A stretch of 64,000 bases of DNA from an uncultured bacterium (GCA_963843795.1 CAWJLW010000006.1:186001-250000), one strand, 5' to 3'. Counted from the stretch's first letter, positions 40,599-52,173 are shown. The notes: generated by a model not told the origin, from the sequence alone. Numbers and translations are program-made.

Positions 40599-42296
40599 AT
40601 GAGTTTCTTTCAAAAAATTTCTTTCGTAGCGGCAATTCAATGCACGATTTTATTTTCGGTGAGCATTGGTGCGCGTGCCGAACTCGCGCATGGGCAAAGG
40701 GGCATGGTAGCGAGCGTAGATAAGCTGGCCACACAAGCGGGCATTGATGCGATGAAAAATGGTGGTAACGCAGTTGATGCCGCAGTCGCGGTTGCGCTGA
40801 CTTTGGGTGTTGTCGATGGTCAGAATTCGGGTATTGGTGGCGGTTGTTTTATGCTGATTCGGCGCGCCAATGGAGAAATTATCGCATTGGATGGGCGCGA
40901 AATGGCACCGCAAAAAGCCACGCGCGATATGTTCGTGCGCGGGGGCAAAGGCGACACCACTCTCAGTCAGGTCGGCGCGCTGGCCGTTGGCATTCCCGGC
41001 TCGGTCGCGGTTTACGCAAACGCGGTAAAAAAATACGGACGCCGGAGTTTGGCTCAAGCGCTTTTGCCCGCCGCGAAAATCGCCGAAACCGGCTTTGTCT
41101 TGGATAAAGACGACGAAAGCCGTCTGGCCAGCGCGAGCACGCTCTTGAAAACCTTTCCCGCTTCGCGCGCGATTTTTTTCAAGGCCAATGGCATGCCATT
41201 TCGCGCCGGCGAGATTTTGAAGCAGCCCGATCTGGCGCGCTCTTACCGCGCTTTGTCTAAACAAGGCATAGGCTGGTTTTATGGCGGCGATTACGCAAAA
41301 ACTGTCGATGCGTGGATGCGAACTCACGGCGGAATTATCACGCGCGAGGATTTTGCGCGTTATCGCATGATACAGCGCGCGCCGCTTTTTAGCACTTACC
41401 GCGGCTATCAAATCATCGGCTTTCCTCCGCCAAGTTCGGGCGGCGTTCACGTCGCACAAACTCTTAATATCTTGCAGTCGTTCAACTTGCCCTTGCTCGA
41501 TGCTTCCGAGCGCGCGCACGTCGTGGCCGAAGCGATGAAAATGGCTTTCGCCGACCGCGCCTTCTGGCTTGGCGATCCCGATTTCGTGCGTGTTCCACTC
41601 GGGTTATTGGATGCGAAATATGGCGAATCGCTTTCGAAACGTATTGATATGAATCGAGCGATAGCGCTGGAAGGGCATGGCGATCCGCTAAAGTTCGATA
41701 AGGGTGTGTTCGCAAAACACACCACCCATTTTTCGACTGCTGATGCAGAAGGCAACTGGGTCGCGTGCACGGCGACCGTGAATTTGACTTTTGGCTCAAA
41801 AGTCATCGTGCCGGGCACTGGCATCGTGCTGAATAACCAGATGGACGATTTCTCCACTCAGCCTGGCGTGCCCAATGCTTTCGGTCTTGTCGGTTCGGAT
41901 GCCAACGCGATTGCGCCCGGCAAACGGCCTTTATCGAGCATGAGTCCGACTTTGGTGCTGAAAAATAGCCAGCCGTTGCTTTCATTGGGCGCGGCAGGTG
42001 GCCCGACGATTATCACGCAAACCGTGCAAAACTTGATCGGCGTTCTCGATTTGAAATTGCCGCTCGATGTTGCCTTAGCGCAGCCGCGCTTGCATCATCA
42101 ATGGTCGCCGGATGAAGTGCGTGTGGAAAAATCATTACCGGAACCTATCAAAAATGCGCTACAAGCCAAAGGTCACAAATTGGATGAAATCGAAACCATG
42201 GGAGTTTCGCAGATGATCGGGCGTGCTCCCGATGGCGCAGGCTTCGTGGGCGCTGCTGATGCGCGCGTCCATAATGGCCTGGCGTTGGGCTGGTGA
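40599..42296 (+). CDS. ggt: Gamma-glutamyltransferase
   Basis: GGNAVDAAVA, SGIGGG, PPPSSGG, HTTHFS, LNNQMDDF, PGKRPLSSMSP. Confidence 0.95.
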   Translation: MSFFQKISFVAAIQCTILFSVSIGARAELAHGQRGMVASVDKLATQAGIDAMKNGGNAVDAAVAVALTLGVVDGQNSGIGGGCFMLIRRANGEIIALDGREMAPQKATRDMFVRGGKGDTTLSQVGALAVGIPGSVAVYANAVKKYGRRSLAQALLPAAKIAETGFVLDKDDESRLASASTLLKTFPASRAIFFKANGMPFRAGEILKQPDLARSYRALSKQGIGWFYGGDYAKTVDAWMRTHGGIITREDFARYRMIQRAPLFSTYRGYQIIGFPPPSSGGVHVAQTLNILQSFNLPLLDASERAHVVAEAMKMAFADRAFWLGDPDFVRVPLGLLDAKYGESLSKRIDMNRAIALEGHGDPLKFDKGVFAKHTTHFSTADAEGNWVACTATVNLTFGSKVIVPGTGIVLNNQMDDFSTQPGVPNAFGLVGSDANAIAPGKRPLSSMSPTLVLKNSQPLLSLGAAGGPTIITQTVQNLIGVLDLKLPLDVALAQPRLHHQWSPDEVRVEKSLPEPIKNALQAKGHKLDEIETMGVSQMIGRAPDGAGFVGAADARVHNGLALGW

Positions 42297-42351
42297 AATT
42301 GCGCTGCAAGTACTTGCGTATTCGCCTCATCTCCCAACAGGCCAAACCGAT

Positions 42352-43224
42352 TCACTCGAAATTTGTCCATTGCAATTCTGCGTCGTCGCCTCGCGCGAAA
42401 CGCGCCATGCGTTTGGCATCGTCGCCCGATGGCAGCCACCAACGTAGTGGCGGGCGCGGCTCGCCCAAAAGCCAACGCGCTTCGGGTGCATAATTTTCCG
42501 TTTGTTCGGGCGTCAAGGTTTCGCGGTCGAGCGCGCGCATCCATGTGGGGCAGTAAGAGATATAAACGTTTTTACGCACCACGTCGCTTTCGTTTGGCGG
42601 TGCGGCGTGCCACTGTGCTTGATGAAACGCGATCACTGTGCCCGCTTCGCAATCGATTTGCACCACGTCGTCCGCGTAATTCTGAATGGAAAAACTACCT
42701 TTGCTTCCATCCAGTTCATCGCGCAAGTGCGAACCACGCACGACTTGCAAACTGCCACCATTGCCATGCGTGAGATCGGTGAAAAAATAGCCGAATTTTA
42801 AGTAGTGCAAGCCCATCGCAGCGCCAGTCGGGGTGCGAACGCGCGGAAACAAATTTGGGCGCGGCCCATCGGCGTGCCATGGCGTGCCGGAAACGAAATC
42901 GAGACTGTTGGAATTGTTATTTTCGCAAACGCGGCGCACGAAATTTGATTGGCAAAGATGAAACATCGGCCCAAATGCGTCATACGCCAACTGCAGCGCT
43001 GGCTTGTACAACATCAATTCCAGAAACGCCGCATCCAAATCGACGCAATTTTGCATTTTTACGCTTTTTTCGGTTCCCTCGCTGAGACGATCAATGGCTT
43101 CGATACAGCGATTATTTAAGTCTTCGGGCAGCTTTTGCGGCAGCACGAAGTAACCATCGCGTTCGAGTTGCGCCATCAAATCGGTGCGCTGTGCGTTGTT
43201 TAAAGTGGGTTCATGGAGGTTCAT
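42352..43224 (-). CDS. Phytanoyl-CoA dioxygenase (PhyH) family protein
   Basis: DGYFV, WHAD, VRGSH, WHAAPPN..R. Confidence 0.85.
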   Translation of the reverse strand: MNLHEPTLNNAQRTDLMAQLERDGYFVLPQKLPEDLNNRCIEAIDRLSEGTEKSVKMQNCVDLDAAFLELMLYKPALQLAYDAFGPMFHLCQSNFVRRVCENNNSNSLDFVSGTPWHADGPRPNLFPRVRTPTGAAMGLHYLKFGYFFTDLTHGNGGSLQVVRGSHLRDELDGSKGSFSIQNYADDVVQIDCEAGTVIAFHQAQWHAAPPNESDVVRKNVYISYCPTWMRALDRETLTPEQTENYAPEARWLLGEPRPPLRWWLPSGDDAKRMARFARGDDAELQWTNFE

Positions 43225-43350
43225 AGGATTCCTTTTGCGATAGAGAAATTATAAGTTAGTGGCGCCCGCAAGTACTTGCCACACGTCCCGACTTGATAAA
43301 ATTGAATCGCGGCAAGTACTTGCACCGCGCATTACCGCTTCCAACGCACT

Positions 43351-44958
43351 ATGTTTCGTCGTCATCAAGATCAGTTCGGAGAACTTTGTTACGCCCTGCG
43401 CACCGGCCAGCGCCCGCTCAAACGCATCATCTGCGCCACCACGCCCGGCGGCGGCAAAAGCCTTTTGCCCGTTATTGCTGCTGCCGGTTTAATTCCCGAA
43501 GTCGCCGACCGCATTTGCTGGGTCGTGCCGCGCCGCAGTTTGCAAATGCAGGCCGAAACCGAATTTCTCAAAGCGAATTTTCGCCAATTGCTCGGCCACA
43601 ATCTGGCGATTCGGCGTTCGACAAACGAAGTCGATCCGTGTCGCGGTTTGAATGGTCTGGCCACGACTTATCAGGCGATTGGAACGATGAACGCGCATTT
43701 GTTGAACGAATTTCGCGAGCATCGTTACGTTTTGGTTTTGGACGAACCGCATCACGTCGAAGAAGGCGGCGCTTGGGAAGCGGCGCTGGCACCGCTGGTG
43801 AAACGCGCGGTTTTGACGGTTTACATGAGTGGCACTCTGGAGCGCGGCAATCGCAAACGCATCGCATTTTTGCCGTATCGCGACACGCCCGATGGCGAAT
43901 TAATTGATTTGCGCCAATCGCCCGAAAGCGCTTCGATTACTTATTCGCGCGTGGATGCTTTGGGCGATAAAGCCGTTCTGCCGATTCATTTTGAATTGAT
44001 GGATGGAACGGCCCAATGGGTCGGGCGCGATGGCGTGACGTATGCCGCGCAAATTTCTGAAGCGGCTAAAAATACGCCAGAGGCGATCTATACCGCCTTG
44101 AAAACTCAATTCGCCGTGCATTTGCTGGACGAATGCAGCGGGCACTGGCAGAATTATCGGCAAACGCACCCGCGCTCAAAATTGCTGGTCGTAACGGCGA
44201 ACATCGAAGACGCCAAAAAGTATCTCACTCATGTCAAACGTCAGGGCATCAAAGCGGCGATTGCGACTTCGGACGATTCAATTCTGGCCGCGAAAAACAT
44301 CGAAAAATTTCGTAGCGTGGGCGAGAAAAATTCTTTAGATTGTCTGGTCACGGTCGCGATGGCTTATGAAGGTTTGGACGTGCCACCGATTACGCATATC
44401 GCGTGCTTGACACATATTCGCTCCAAGCCGTGGATCGAGCAGATGATCGCGCGCGCCACGCGCTTCGACCGCGAGGCGGGCGCGTGGGAAGACCAGGTCG
44501 CGTATGTTTACACACCTGATGATCGCAACATGACGCAGATTATCGGGCACATGGAAAGCGAGCAGATCGCGCTGATCAAGAAAACCAAAACGCTTGACGG
44601 TTTGGAAGAAGCGCCCGAAGCGCAGCGCGAACCCGGCGAACGGCGCTCGATTACGCCGGTTGGCTCGATGGGTGGCAAACGACGCTGGAGCCGCGTCGGT
44701 CAGCAAGTCGCGCACTCGCAGCCGCCGCGCCCGACCGGGCCACCACCAAGCGTGCAAGAAGCGGCTTTGCGCGAACAGATTCAAGTGCATTGCAAGCAAG
44801 TCGATGCGATTTATTTCGACCGCAAGTGGGGCGAAACCAACAAACGCGTGGCGAAAACTTTCGGTCGCTCGCGCGTCGAGATGCCGTTGGGGCAGTTGCA
44901 GCAAGTGATGAAATGGCTGGAATATTATTATCCCCTCGAGCGTAGTCGCGTGGGATGA
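43351..44958 (+). CDS. SF2 DEAD/DEAH-box helicase (ResIII-like)
   Basis: TPGGGKS, LDEPHH, MSGT, EGLDVP, QMIARATR; start codon uncertain. Confidence 0.85.
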   Translation: MFRRHQDQFGELCYALRTGQRPLKRIICATTPGGGKSLLPVIAAAGLIPEVADRICWVVPRRSLQMQAETEFLKANFRQLLGHNLAIRRSTNEVDPCRGLNGLATTYQAIGTMNAHLLNEFREHRYVLVLDEPHHVEEGGAWEAALAPLVKRAVLTVYMSGTLERGNRKRIAFLPYRDTPDGELIDLRQSPESASITYSRVDALGDKAVLPIHFELMDGTAQWVGRDGVTYAAQISEAAKNTPEAIYTALKTQFAVHLLDECSGHWQNYRQTHPRSKLLVVTANIEDAKKYLTHVKRQGIKAAIATSDDSILAAKNIEKFRSVGEKNSLDCLVTVAMAYEGLDVPPITHIACLTHIRSKPWIEQMIARATRFDREAGAWEDQVAYVYTPDDRNMTQIIGHMESEQIALIKKTKTLDGLEEAPEAQREPGERRSITPVGSMGGKRRWSRVGQQVAHSQPPRPTGPPPSVQEAALREQIQVHCKQVDAIYFDRKWGETNKRVAKTFGRSRVEMPLGQLQQVMKWLEYYYPLERSRVG

Positions 44959-45020
44959 AAAGATACAGCCCGGGCAAAGCGCAAGTACTTGCACCGATTA
45001 TTTGATTGCGCGTAACGATT

Positions 45021-46539
45021 ATGAAAACCAATTTTTTTCTCTGTAGCGCCACACTCATCGCTGCCACTTTCAACGTGCCCCCAACCCACGCCGCGCCGGT
45101 CGCACAAAACGCACCGACCGCGCAAAAATCGGTCGCTCCGCAGCTCTCTCTAGCACAATGGGCGCGCACGCAGAAAGCGCGACAGGCTTACGGGCTTTAT
45201 ATCACGGGGCGCAAAGTTGGTTATATGACGATGAACTTCGATGTCATCGCGCAGCCCGATTCTATGGGGCGCAGGCGCGATGTCGCAATTTCTGCTTCCG
45301 AAGTGACGTTGCGTTTACGCTCGACCGACCCGAAAACCGCGCCGGATATGGAAATTAAGACGCAATCGACGTTCGCCCTCAGCGACGAAGGGCGCTTAAT
45401 CGGTTCGCAGATGCAGCAAATCGAAAACGGGCGGCCCACGACTTATCGTTTGATTTTCGGTGCGCCGATGCAACTCGAAACCGATAGCGGCGGCAAGAAA
45501 GTCCGGCGCAATATCGCGCATCCACGGGAAAACTTGCTGCAAACGCGGCAGATGATGCAATGGCTGGAAAGCGTGCCCAAAAGCGGCGCCGAATTTTCTT
45601 ACCAGACGACTTCCTTAGATGATGAGAAGCTCAATTCGACAGAAACTCTCACTTTCCGCGGGCGCAAAACCATCGCTTGGGGAGGCATCAAAACACCGGT
45701 TTACAGCGTGAAAATGGATTCGCGCGGCGTGGGCTTTGAAGCCGATTTGCGCTCAAATGGAATGTTCGTCACGGGTCGCGTGGCAGGACTCATCGAAATG
45801 CGCGCTGAAGAAGAAAACCTGGCGCGCGATATGTCGAATGCAGGCGTTGATCTGCTGACGGCGTCTTTAATTCCCGTTGATAAACGATTGGGCGATCCGC
45901 GCGTTTTGAAATCGCTGACGCTGCAAGCCAATGGCGTGGCTGAACTTTCAATTCCGACCAGCAAACGGCAACAAGTCGTGCGGCGCGATGGGAAATTAAC
46001 CGTGCAAATGCGCGCCGATTTCTCTGGCAACGACGTGCAAGCTTGCCCCTGAGGAAAAGCGCCAATTCATGGCATCGACGACTTCACTGCAAAGTGATGA
46101 GCCATCGATTCGTGCGCTGGCCCGAAAAATTGTGGGCACGGAAACCGATCCGGTCGCCAAATCCGCCAAACTGGTGCATTGGGTTTACGCGAATCTGGGC
46201 AAATCGATGGATGCCAACGGCTCGACCGCGCTGCAAGTACTTGCCACACGCAAAGGCGATTGCACCGAACACGCGCTGTTGTTCACGACGTTGGCGCGTG
46301 CGGCGGGCGTGCCGGCGCGCGAAGTGACGGGTTTAGCATATGTGGAAACTCCCGATCCGGTTTTCGGCTGGCACGCTTGGTCGGAAATTTACGATGGCCG
46401 CCAGTGGGTAACGATGGACCCGACATGGAACGAAATTCGCGTCGATGCTTCGCACATCAAATTCGCCGACCGCAGCGATGATTATCGCTGGACGGGCGCG
46501 CTGGGAAAACTGAAATTGAAAGTGCTGGCCGTTGAGTAA
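45021..46539 (+). CDS. Secreted transglutaminase-like protein, frameshift at about 46035
   Basis: Signal peptide; C-terminal GDCTEH..HAW.E..W..MDPT catalytic triad lies in the shifted frame. Confidence 0.82.
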
Positions 46540-46602
46540 ATTACGAATTTTCGGAGGTTTTATGCCTCTGGAAAACTGCAGCAAAATTCCACAATCCACA
46601 AA

Positions 46603-48426
46603 ATGATTTCTCCGCCCGCCGACCGCGTTGAAGCCGCGCCATTTCTATCCGATTGGCGCGGCTATTCATTGGCGAAAACGCGCGCTGATCTGGTCGCTGG
46701 TCTGACGGTTGCGGTTTTCGCCATTCCGCAAGCGATGGCGTATGCGACGCTGGCGGGTTTGCCGCCCATCCATGGTTTATACGCGGCGATTGGGATGTCG
46801 ATTGTGGCGGCTTTATGGGGCGCGTCGCCGTTTTCCAACGCCGGGCCAACCAATTCTGCAGCGCTGCTGACGGCTTCGGCGCTGTTGCCATTTCTCGCGG
46901 GCCAACAATTCGATAGCGGCGCTTTGACGGCGTTGATTTTTCAATTCACGCTTTTGGTGGGCGTGATTCGTGTGGCGTGTGGCGTGTTGCGATTGGGAAT
47001 TTTAACGGCATTCGTGCCCGAATCGGCGATTGTCGGCGCGATGAGCGGCGCGGGCATCCTCATCGCAGTTGGTCCGCTGTCGCAACTGCTGGGCGTGCCG
47101 TCATCGCACGCGGCATCGTTTGTGATGCGCACCTGGGAAGTGTTGGGAAACTCTGCACACGCTAATATCTATGCGCTTTTGATCGGTGCAAGTACTTGCA
47201 TCGTGATGTCGGTTTTTGAATTGTGGTCGAAAAAACGTCCGATTTTGAAACGGTTGCCGGTTGCCCTGGGCGCAATTATTTTGGCCACTATCGCCGCGCA
47301 AGTACTTGCCGCGCGCGGCCACGGCGTTTCCACTGTGCGCGATTTGGGCGCGATTCCGCCCGGCTTGCCGCCGTTGCAATGGCGCGCTTACGATTGGGCG
47401 ATGACGCCGCAATTGCTGCCGGGCGCGTTCGCGGTCGCGATTATCGGGCTAATCGAAGCGACTTCTATCGGGCGTGTACTGGCGCTCAAAAAGCGGCAGA
47501 ATTTCAACGCCAATCAGGAATTTTTCGGACAGGGCGTCGGCCAAATCGCGGGTGCGTTTTGTGGAGGGTTGCCGGGTTCGAGTTCGTTTTCGCGCTCGGC
47601 ACTGGTTGAAAACTGCGGCGCGCAAACGCGCTTTGCCAACGTGTTTTTTGGCGTTTTTACGCTCTTGGGAATTTTGTTGGCGGCAAGCTGGCTGGAGCGC
47701 ATTCCGGTCGCGGCCTTAGCGGGCTTGTTGGTGTTCAGCGGCTTCAAATTAATCGACATCGGCGCGTTGAAACGGGTGTGGCAGACCGAGCGCAGCGATG
47801 CGATTGTGCTTTTAGTGACCTTGTTCGTAACGGTTTTTGTGAAAATCGAATACGGATTTTTCGCGGGCACGATTGTGGCGATGGGCTTTTTTCTGCAGCG
47901 CGCGCGTAATCTGCAATTATTTGAATTGGTGCCGGGCGACGATGAAAACGAAGGCGCGGGCTTTGTCGAAATCGAATATCGGCCCCACAGCATGCACGCG
48001 CGCAGCGATGTGGTAGCGCTGAGCGTGCATGGCAATTTGTTTTTCGGTCTCGCCGACGATTTGCGCGCGCAGTTCAATGAAATCGCGCGCTTGCAAAAAC
48101 CGCGCTGGGTGATTATTCGCGTGCGGCGCGCGCATTCGATAGATTATGGCTGCTGGAACGCAATTTTCGAGTTCGCTGCGACGCTGAAGGGCGAAGGTGG
48201 CGCGCTGTATTTGTCGGGCATTAGCGAAGATTTGGCGCAGATTATCGACGATGCCGCAATGTCGCAAGTGTTGCCGCCGTCGCAATTAATCGCACCCCAA
48301 GAAGCGCCGTGGGCCGCATTTGAAATCGCGTTGGAATGCGTGCGCGGGCAATTGTCGAACGAGGCGCATTTGCCCGCCAACTGGCTGCGCTTTTTTCATC
48401 CGGCGCACGCTCGTTTTGAAATTTGA
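46603..48426 (+). CDS. SulP family anion transporter with STAS domain
   Basis: DLVAGLTVA..IPQAMAYA..GLY, NQE, SFSRS, C-terminal LFFG. Confidence 0.93.
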   Translation: MISPPADRVEAAPFLSDWRGYSLAKTRADLVAGLTVAVFAIPQAMAYATLAGLPPIHGLYAAIGMSIVAALWGASPFSNAGPTNSAALLTASALLPFLAGQQFDSGALTALIFQFTLLVGVIRVACGVLRLGILTAFVPESAIVGAMSGAGILIAVGPLSQLLGVPSSHAASFVMRTWEVLGNSAHANIYALLIGASTCIVMSVFELWSKKRPILKRLPVALGAIILATIAAQVLAARGHGVSTVRDLGAIPPGLPPLQWRAYDWAMTPQLLPGAFAVAIIGLIEATSIGRVLALKKRQNFNANQEFFGQGVGQIAGAFCGGLPGSSSFSRSALVENCGAQTRFANVFFGVFTLLGILLAASWLERIPVAALAGLLVFSGFKLIDIGALKRVWQTERSDAIVLLVTLFVTVFVKIEYGFFAGTIVAMGFFLQRARNLQLFELVPGDDENEGAGFVEIEYRPHSMHARSDVVALSVHGNLFFGLADDLRAQFNEIARLQKPRWVIIRVRRAHSIDYGCWNAIFEFAATLKGEGGALYLSGISEDLAQIIDDAAMSQVLPPSQLIAPQEAPWAAFEIALECVRGQLSNEAHLPANWLRFFHPAHARFEI

Positions 48427-48436
48427 GCGTTGCTGC

Positions 48437-49489
48437 TCATTCCGCGTTTTCGCTCATCGTAATCGGCGCGATTGTGCTTGGAATAAACTCCCGATCAACC
48501 AGTTCGCTCATCGGCGTTTTCTTTTCTAACACTCCCAGTTTGATGCCCATGTCGCGAATATCTTCCAATTCGCGGTCGGTCGGCGTCAAACTCAGATACG
48601 AAACGCGGTCTTTGGGCTGCGTTAAAACATAACGCAACAGCGATTCTTTCTGGCGGAAATAGGGCGCGGCGATTTTGGCGGCTTGCTCTCGATGGGTTTC
48701 GGCCCACAAACCGCTTTCGGCAATGCCGCGCACTAAGTCGCGTACTTCTTCGGGATGCTCTTTAATCAAACGCTCGGTGACAACTAAAGCGCACGAAATG
48801 AATTTGGGCCAAATATCTTTGGTCATGTATAACACGCGACCGGTTTTATCGAGTTCGGCGCGCGCCGCGTGCGGTTCGCCCACGAAATAGGCGTCAATGG
48901 CGTGCGCAGCCAACGCCGCGGGCATATCAGGCGGTGGTAACTCGACGAATTTGATGTCGTCGTCGTTTAAACCTTGCATTTCCATCAAGCGATGAATCAC
49001 GAAATTCTGATTGGAAAATTTCGAAGGAATCGCAAAAGTTTTCCCTTTCAAATCGCGCAGACTTTTCGCGGGCAAATCGCTGCGCACGATAACCGTCGAG
49101 CCGTCGCGGTGGCCCAGATAAACGATTTTCACCGGCACGCCTTGTTCGCGCAGCTTCATCGCCAAGGGCGCGATCATAAAAGTCGCGTCCATTTTTCCGC
49201 CTTTAATGCTTTCCACAACAGTTGGGAAATCGGTGAAACGTTGCGATTGAAAGCGAGTTTGCGTGCTGGTGCGCGTGGCGAAATCAGTCACCGGACACGT
49301 CAAATGACACGTCACCGGCAGAAAACCGACCGCTAAAGTTGGGCGTTCGCTTGTAGGTTTGCTTGCACCTTGAGCCACTAAAGGCGCGCTGTTGGTAGTC
49401 GTGCGCTGCCACGGTTTGAAACGTAGCAAACCGAGTAGCACCACAACGGCAAAGCAGATGGCAATAGAACGAAGAAAAGTTGTTTTCAT
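48437..49489 (-). CDS. ABC transporter substrate-binding protein (NrtA/SsuA-like)
   Basis: VGFLPVTCHL, DLKGKTFAIP, PPPDM, VGEP. Confidence 0.88.
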   Translation of the reverse strand: MKTTFLRSIAICFAVVVLLGLLRFKPWQRTTTNSAPLVAQGASKPTSERPTLAVGFLPVTCHLTCPVTDFATRTSTQTRFQSQRFTDFPTVVESIKGGKMDATFMIAPLAMKLREQGVPVKIVYLGHRDGSTVIVRSDLPAKSLRDLKGKTFAIPSKFSNQNFVIHRLMEMQGLNDDDIKFVELPPPDMPAALAAHAIDAYFVGEPHAARAELDKTGRVLYMTKDIWPKFISCALVVTERLIKEHPEEVRDLVRGIAESGLWAETHREQAAKIAAPYFRQKESLLRYVLTQPKDRVSYLSLTPTDRELEDIRDMGIKLGVLEKKTPMSELVDREFIPSTIAPITMSENAE

Positions 49490-50283
49490 AAAGTTTCACC
49501 CGGGTTTTCGATGCCCAGCGCGGCGAGAATTTGGCGCACTGCGTCTACGACTTCACTTTGCGTTGCCGAACGCGGCGGCGCGGCATCAATACAAACTTCG
49601 CAGGCGATGTGCGCGGGCGAGCCAGCGGAATCAGCTTGCAAGACGAGAATGCGGTCGGCGAGTTGCGCGGCTTCCTCGATGTCGTGCGTCACTAAAACAA
49701 TAGTGCGCCGCGTCGCATCGGGCGCGTTCGGTTGACCTAAAATTTCGGCCAATTCGCGACGCAAACGCAGGCGGGTCAGGTAATCCAGCGCCGAAAAAGG
49801 CTCGTCCAAAAGTAGTACGTCCGTTTCGCCAGCCAAAGCGCGCGCGATTTCAACGCGCTGTTTCATGCCGCCCGATAATTGATGCGGATAATGCGACTGA
49901 AAACCGTGCAAACCCAGCCAATTCATCAAACGTTCGGTTTCCTTCTCTTGCGCACTTTTTTCGAGGTGACGCAAGCCCAGTGCGATATTTTGACTGGCCG
50001 AAAGCCACGGTAATAAACCATCGCTTTGATAAACCGTGCGAAAATGACCGTAACGCTCGATTGCTCCTGATGTGGGATGTTCCGCGCCCGACATCAAATT
50101 CAAGAGCGTGGTTTTGCCGCAGCCCGAAGGCCCGACAATCGCCAGCCATTCGCCGCGCTTCACTGTTAAATCAACGTTTTGCAAAACTGCGTGCACGCCG
50201 TAACGATGCGAAACATTTTTCAATTGCAACGCGCATTCATCGTTGCAAGTACTTGCAGGGCGCTTTTCAGGCGAAATTTTCAT
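49486..50283 (-). CDS. ABC transporter ATP-binding protein (nitrate/sulfonate type)
   Basis: GPSGCGKTT, LSGGMKQR, LDEPFSALD. Confidence 0.93.
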   Translation of the reverse strand: MKISPEKRPASTCNDECALQLKNVSHRYGVHAVLQNVDLTVKRGEWLAIVGPSGCGKTTLLNLMSGAEHPTSGAIERYGHFRTVYQSDGLLPWLSASQNIALGLRHLEKSAQEKETERLMNWLGLHGFQSHYPHQLSGGMKQRVEIARALAGETDVLLLDEPFSALDYLTRLRLRRELAEILGQPNAPDATRRTIVLVTHDIEEAAQLADRILVLQADSAGSPAHIACEVCIDAAPPRSATQSEVVDAVRQILAALGIENPGETL

Positions 50284-51152
50284 CGTTCATAACCCCAGCG
50301 CACAATCGGCCAGCGCGTTAATCTGAGCAAAACGCGGTCGAGCAAAACACCGATAACGCCGATAGTTATCATGCCCACGACTAATAAATCCATGCGCGCT
50401 CCGTTGCGCGCGTCCCAAATTAAAAAGCCCAGCCCATCGCGTCCGGCCAGCATTTCTGCCGCGACGACGACCAGCCACGCCACGCCGGTCGTCACGCGCA
50501 GCGCGGAAACGATTTGCGGGGTAATCGCTGGCAGCGCGACTTCCCACAGCAAATTGGCGCCGCGTAAACCGAAATCTTGCGCCACGCGAAAATAAACTTT
50601 TGGAATGCTTTCCACCGCGTTCAATGTCGAGAGCGCGAGCGGGAAAACGCACGACATGAAAATCAGAAACATCGCGGGCACGTCACCGATGCCAAACCAC
50701 GCGATGGCAAAGGGAATCCACGCCAAGGGTGACAAGCTGCGCAAAAAATTCAAGCCCGGCAACAAAGCCGCGCGCGCTTGAATTTTCAAGCCCAGCCACA
50801 AGCCCATGGGAATTCCCACCAGCGCCGCCAACACTAAACCCACGCCAACACGAAAAAGCGAAGCGATAATATCGTCGAGCAAACGCCCGCCCGCCATCGC
50901 TTCTTGGAAGGCCGCAAGTACTTGCAGCGGCGCAGGAAACACCAGCGGCGACAAAAGGCGCGTTGCGCTGAGCAGTTGCCATGCAAACAGCGCGAAAATC
51001 AAAACCGCCCACGCGCTCCAACGCGCGGGCTGAGCCGCAACCGCAAGTACTTGCGGGCCGGAACGAGCCGCTGCAAGCGCACTTGTTGCTTCGGTCACTT
51101 CTGCGCCGCTTCCGGCTTCAGCGACAATTGATGAAGGAGAATTTGAATTCAT
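50280..51152 (-). CDS. ABC transporter permease (SsuC/TauC-like)
   Basis: PLAWIP, WFGIG, VAAEM..GLG. Confidence 0.92.
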   Translation of the reverse strand: MNSNSPSSIVAEAGSGAEVTEATSALAAARSGPQVLAVAAQPARWSAWAVLIFALFAWQLLSATRLLSPLVFPAPLQVLAAFQEAMAGGRLLDDIIASLFRVGVGLVLAALVGIPMGLWLGLKIQARAALLPGLNFLRSLSPLAWIPFAIAWFGIGDVPAMFLIFMSCVFPLALSTLNAVESIPKVYFRVAQDFGLRGANLLWEVALPAITPQIVSALRVTTGVAWLVVVAAEMLAGRDGLGFLIWDARNGARMDLLVVGMITIGVIGVLLDRVLLRLTRWPIVRWGYER

Positions 51153-51414
51153 TGCAAAACGCGAATCGGATATGCCGTACCGCTAAAATTGAATCACGAT
51201 TGTAATCGTGCCTTAGTAGTATCGGTTTTGTAATGATTTTAACAAGGTGCTTTTCTCTTGACAGAGTCGTGTCATGTTGCTAAATTGATCGGGTTCCTTA
51301 AAGTATTTTAAGCTAATAATTTAGTAAAAGAGTTACGGGAAGTTCACCAGCGAGTTAAAATAGCAGGATATGGTAAGAGTTCACTTGCTCAGCCATTTTC
51401 TCAGGGAGAAGTAT

Positions 51415-52173
51415 ATGCATAATTTTTTTTACAGTCGTATGCGCATCAAGCGTGGTTTCACGCTGATCGAACTTTTGGTCGTTATTGCCATCATTGCAAT
51501 TCTGGCCGCCATCTTATTTCCGGTTTTTGCGCGTGCGCGTGAAAATGCCCGTCGCACTTCATGTTCCAGCAACTTGAAGCAAATTGGTTTGGGTATTTTG
51601 CAGTATGTGCAAGATTACGATGAAACGATGCCGGGCCATAATATGCAGGGTGTACAAAAGCAAGTATGGCAGGACACCATTCAGCCTTATGTGAAGAGCG
51701 ATCAGCTTTTCGTATGTCCCAGCGACTCTGGCGCCAAGTTCATTAGTTCCAAGGGCTATGCAGACCGGCCCAACGGCAACGGTGGCACGGTGGGCTACAC
51801 CGATGGTGACTATATGGGCAGCTACGGTGCGAACATTGTGGGTTGGCAGGGCGGTTATCCGACCACAGCGTTTTCGGTTCCCGACAACGGCGTGTTCGTT
51901 AACTTGGCACAATTCGAAGCGCCTACCACGACCGTCATGGTGGCCGATACGTCTCGCACCTTTGAAATTCCCGCACAGAATAGCGATTCGCCGGTAGTAA
52001 CTGGCACAGCTGGCAATCGTCAATTGTTGACGATTCGCGAACGCCATTTGGAGACGACCAACGTGTTGTATTCGGATGGTCATGTCAAGTCGGTCAGATT
52101 GGATGCTTTGGCCGCGCGTGCAACTGATGGCACTCACCTCAAGTTCTTCTCGGTTGAAGCCGATCCTGAGTGA
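51415..52173 (+). CDS. DUF1559 prepilin-type N-methylation protein with H-X9-DG C-terminus
   Basis: [56 protein letters not shown]. Confidence 0.93.
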   Translation: MHNFFYSRMRIKRGFTLIELLVVIAIIAILAAILFPVFARARENARRTSCSSNLKQIGLGILQYVQDYDETMPGHNMQGVQKQVWQDTIQPYVKSDQLFVCPSDSGAKFISSKGYADRPNGNGGTVGYTDGDYMGSYGANIVGWQGGYPTTAFSVPDNGVFVNLAQFEAPTTTVMVADTSRTFEIPAQNSDSPVVTGTAGNRQLLTIRERHLETTNVLYSDGHVKSVRLDALAARATDGTHLKFFSVEADPE

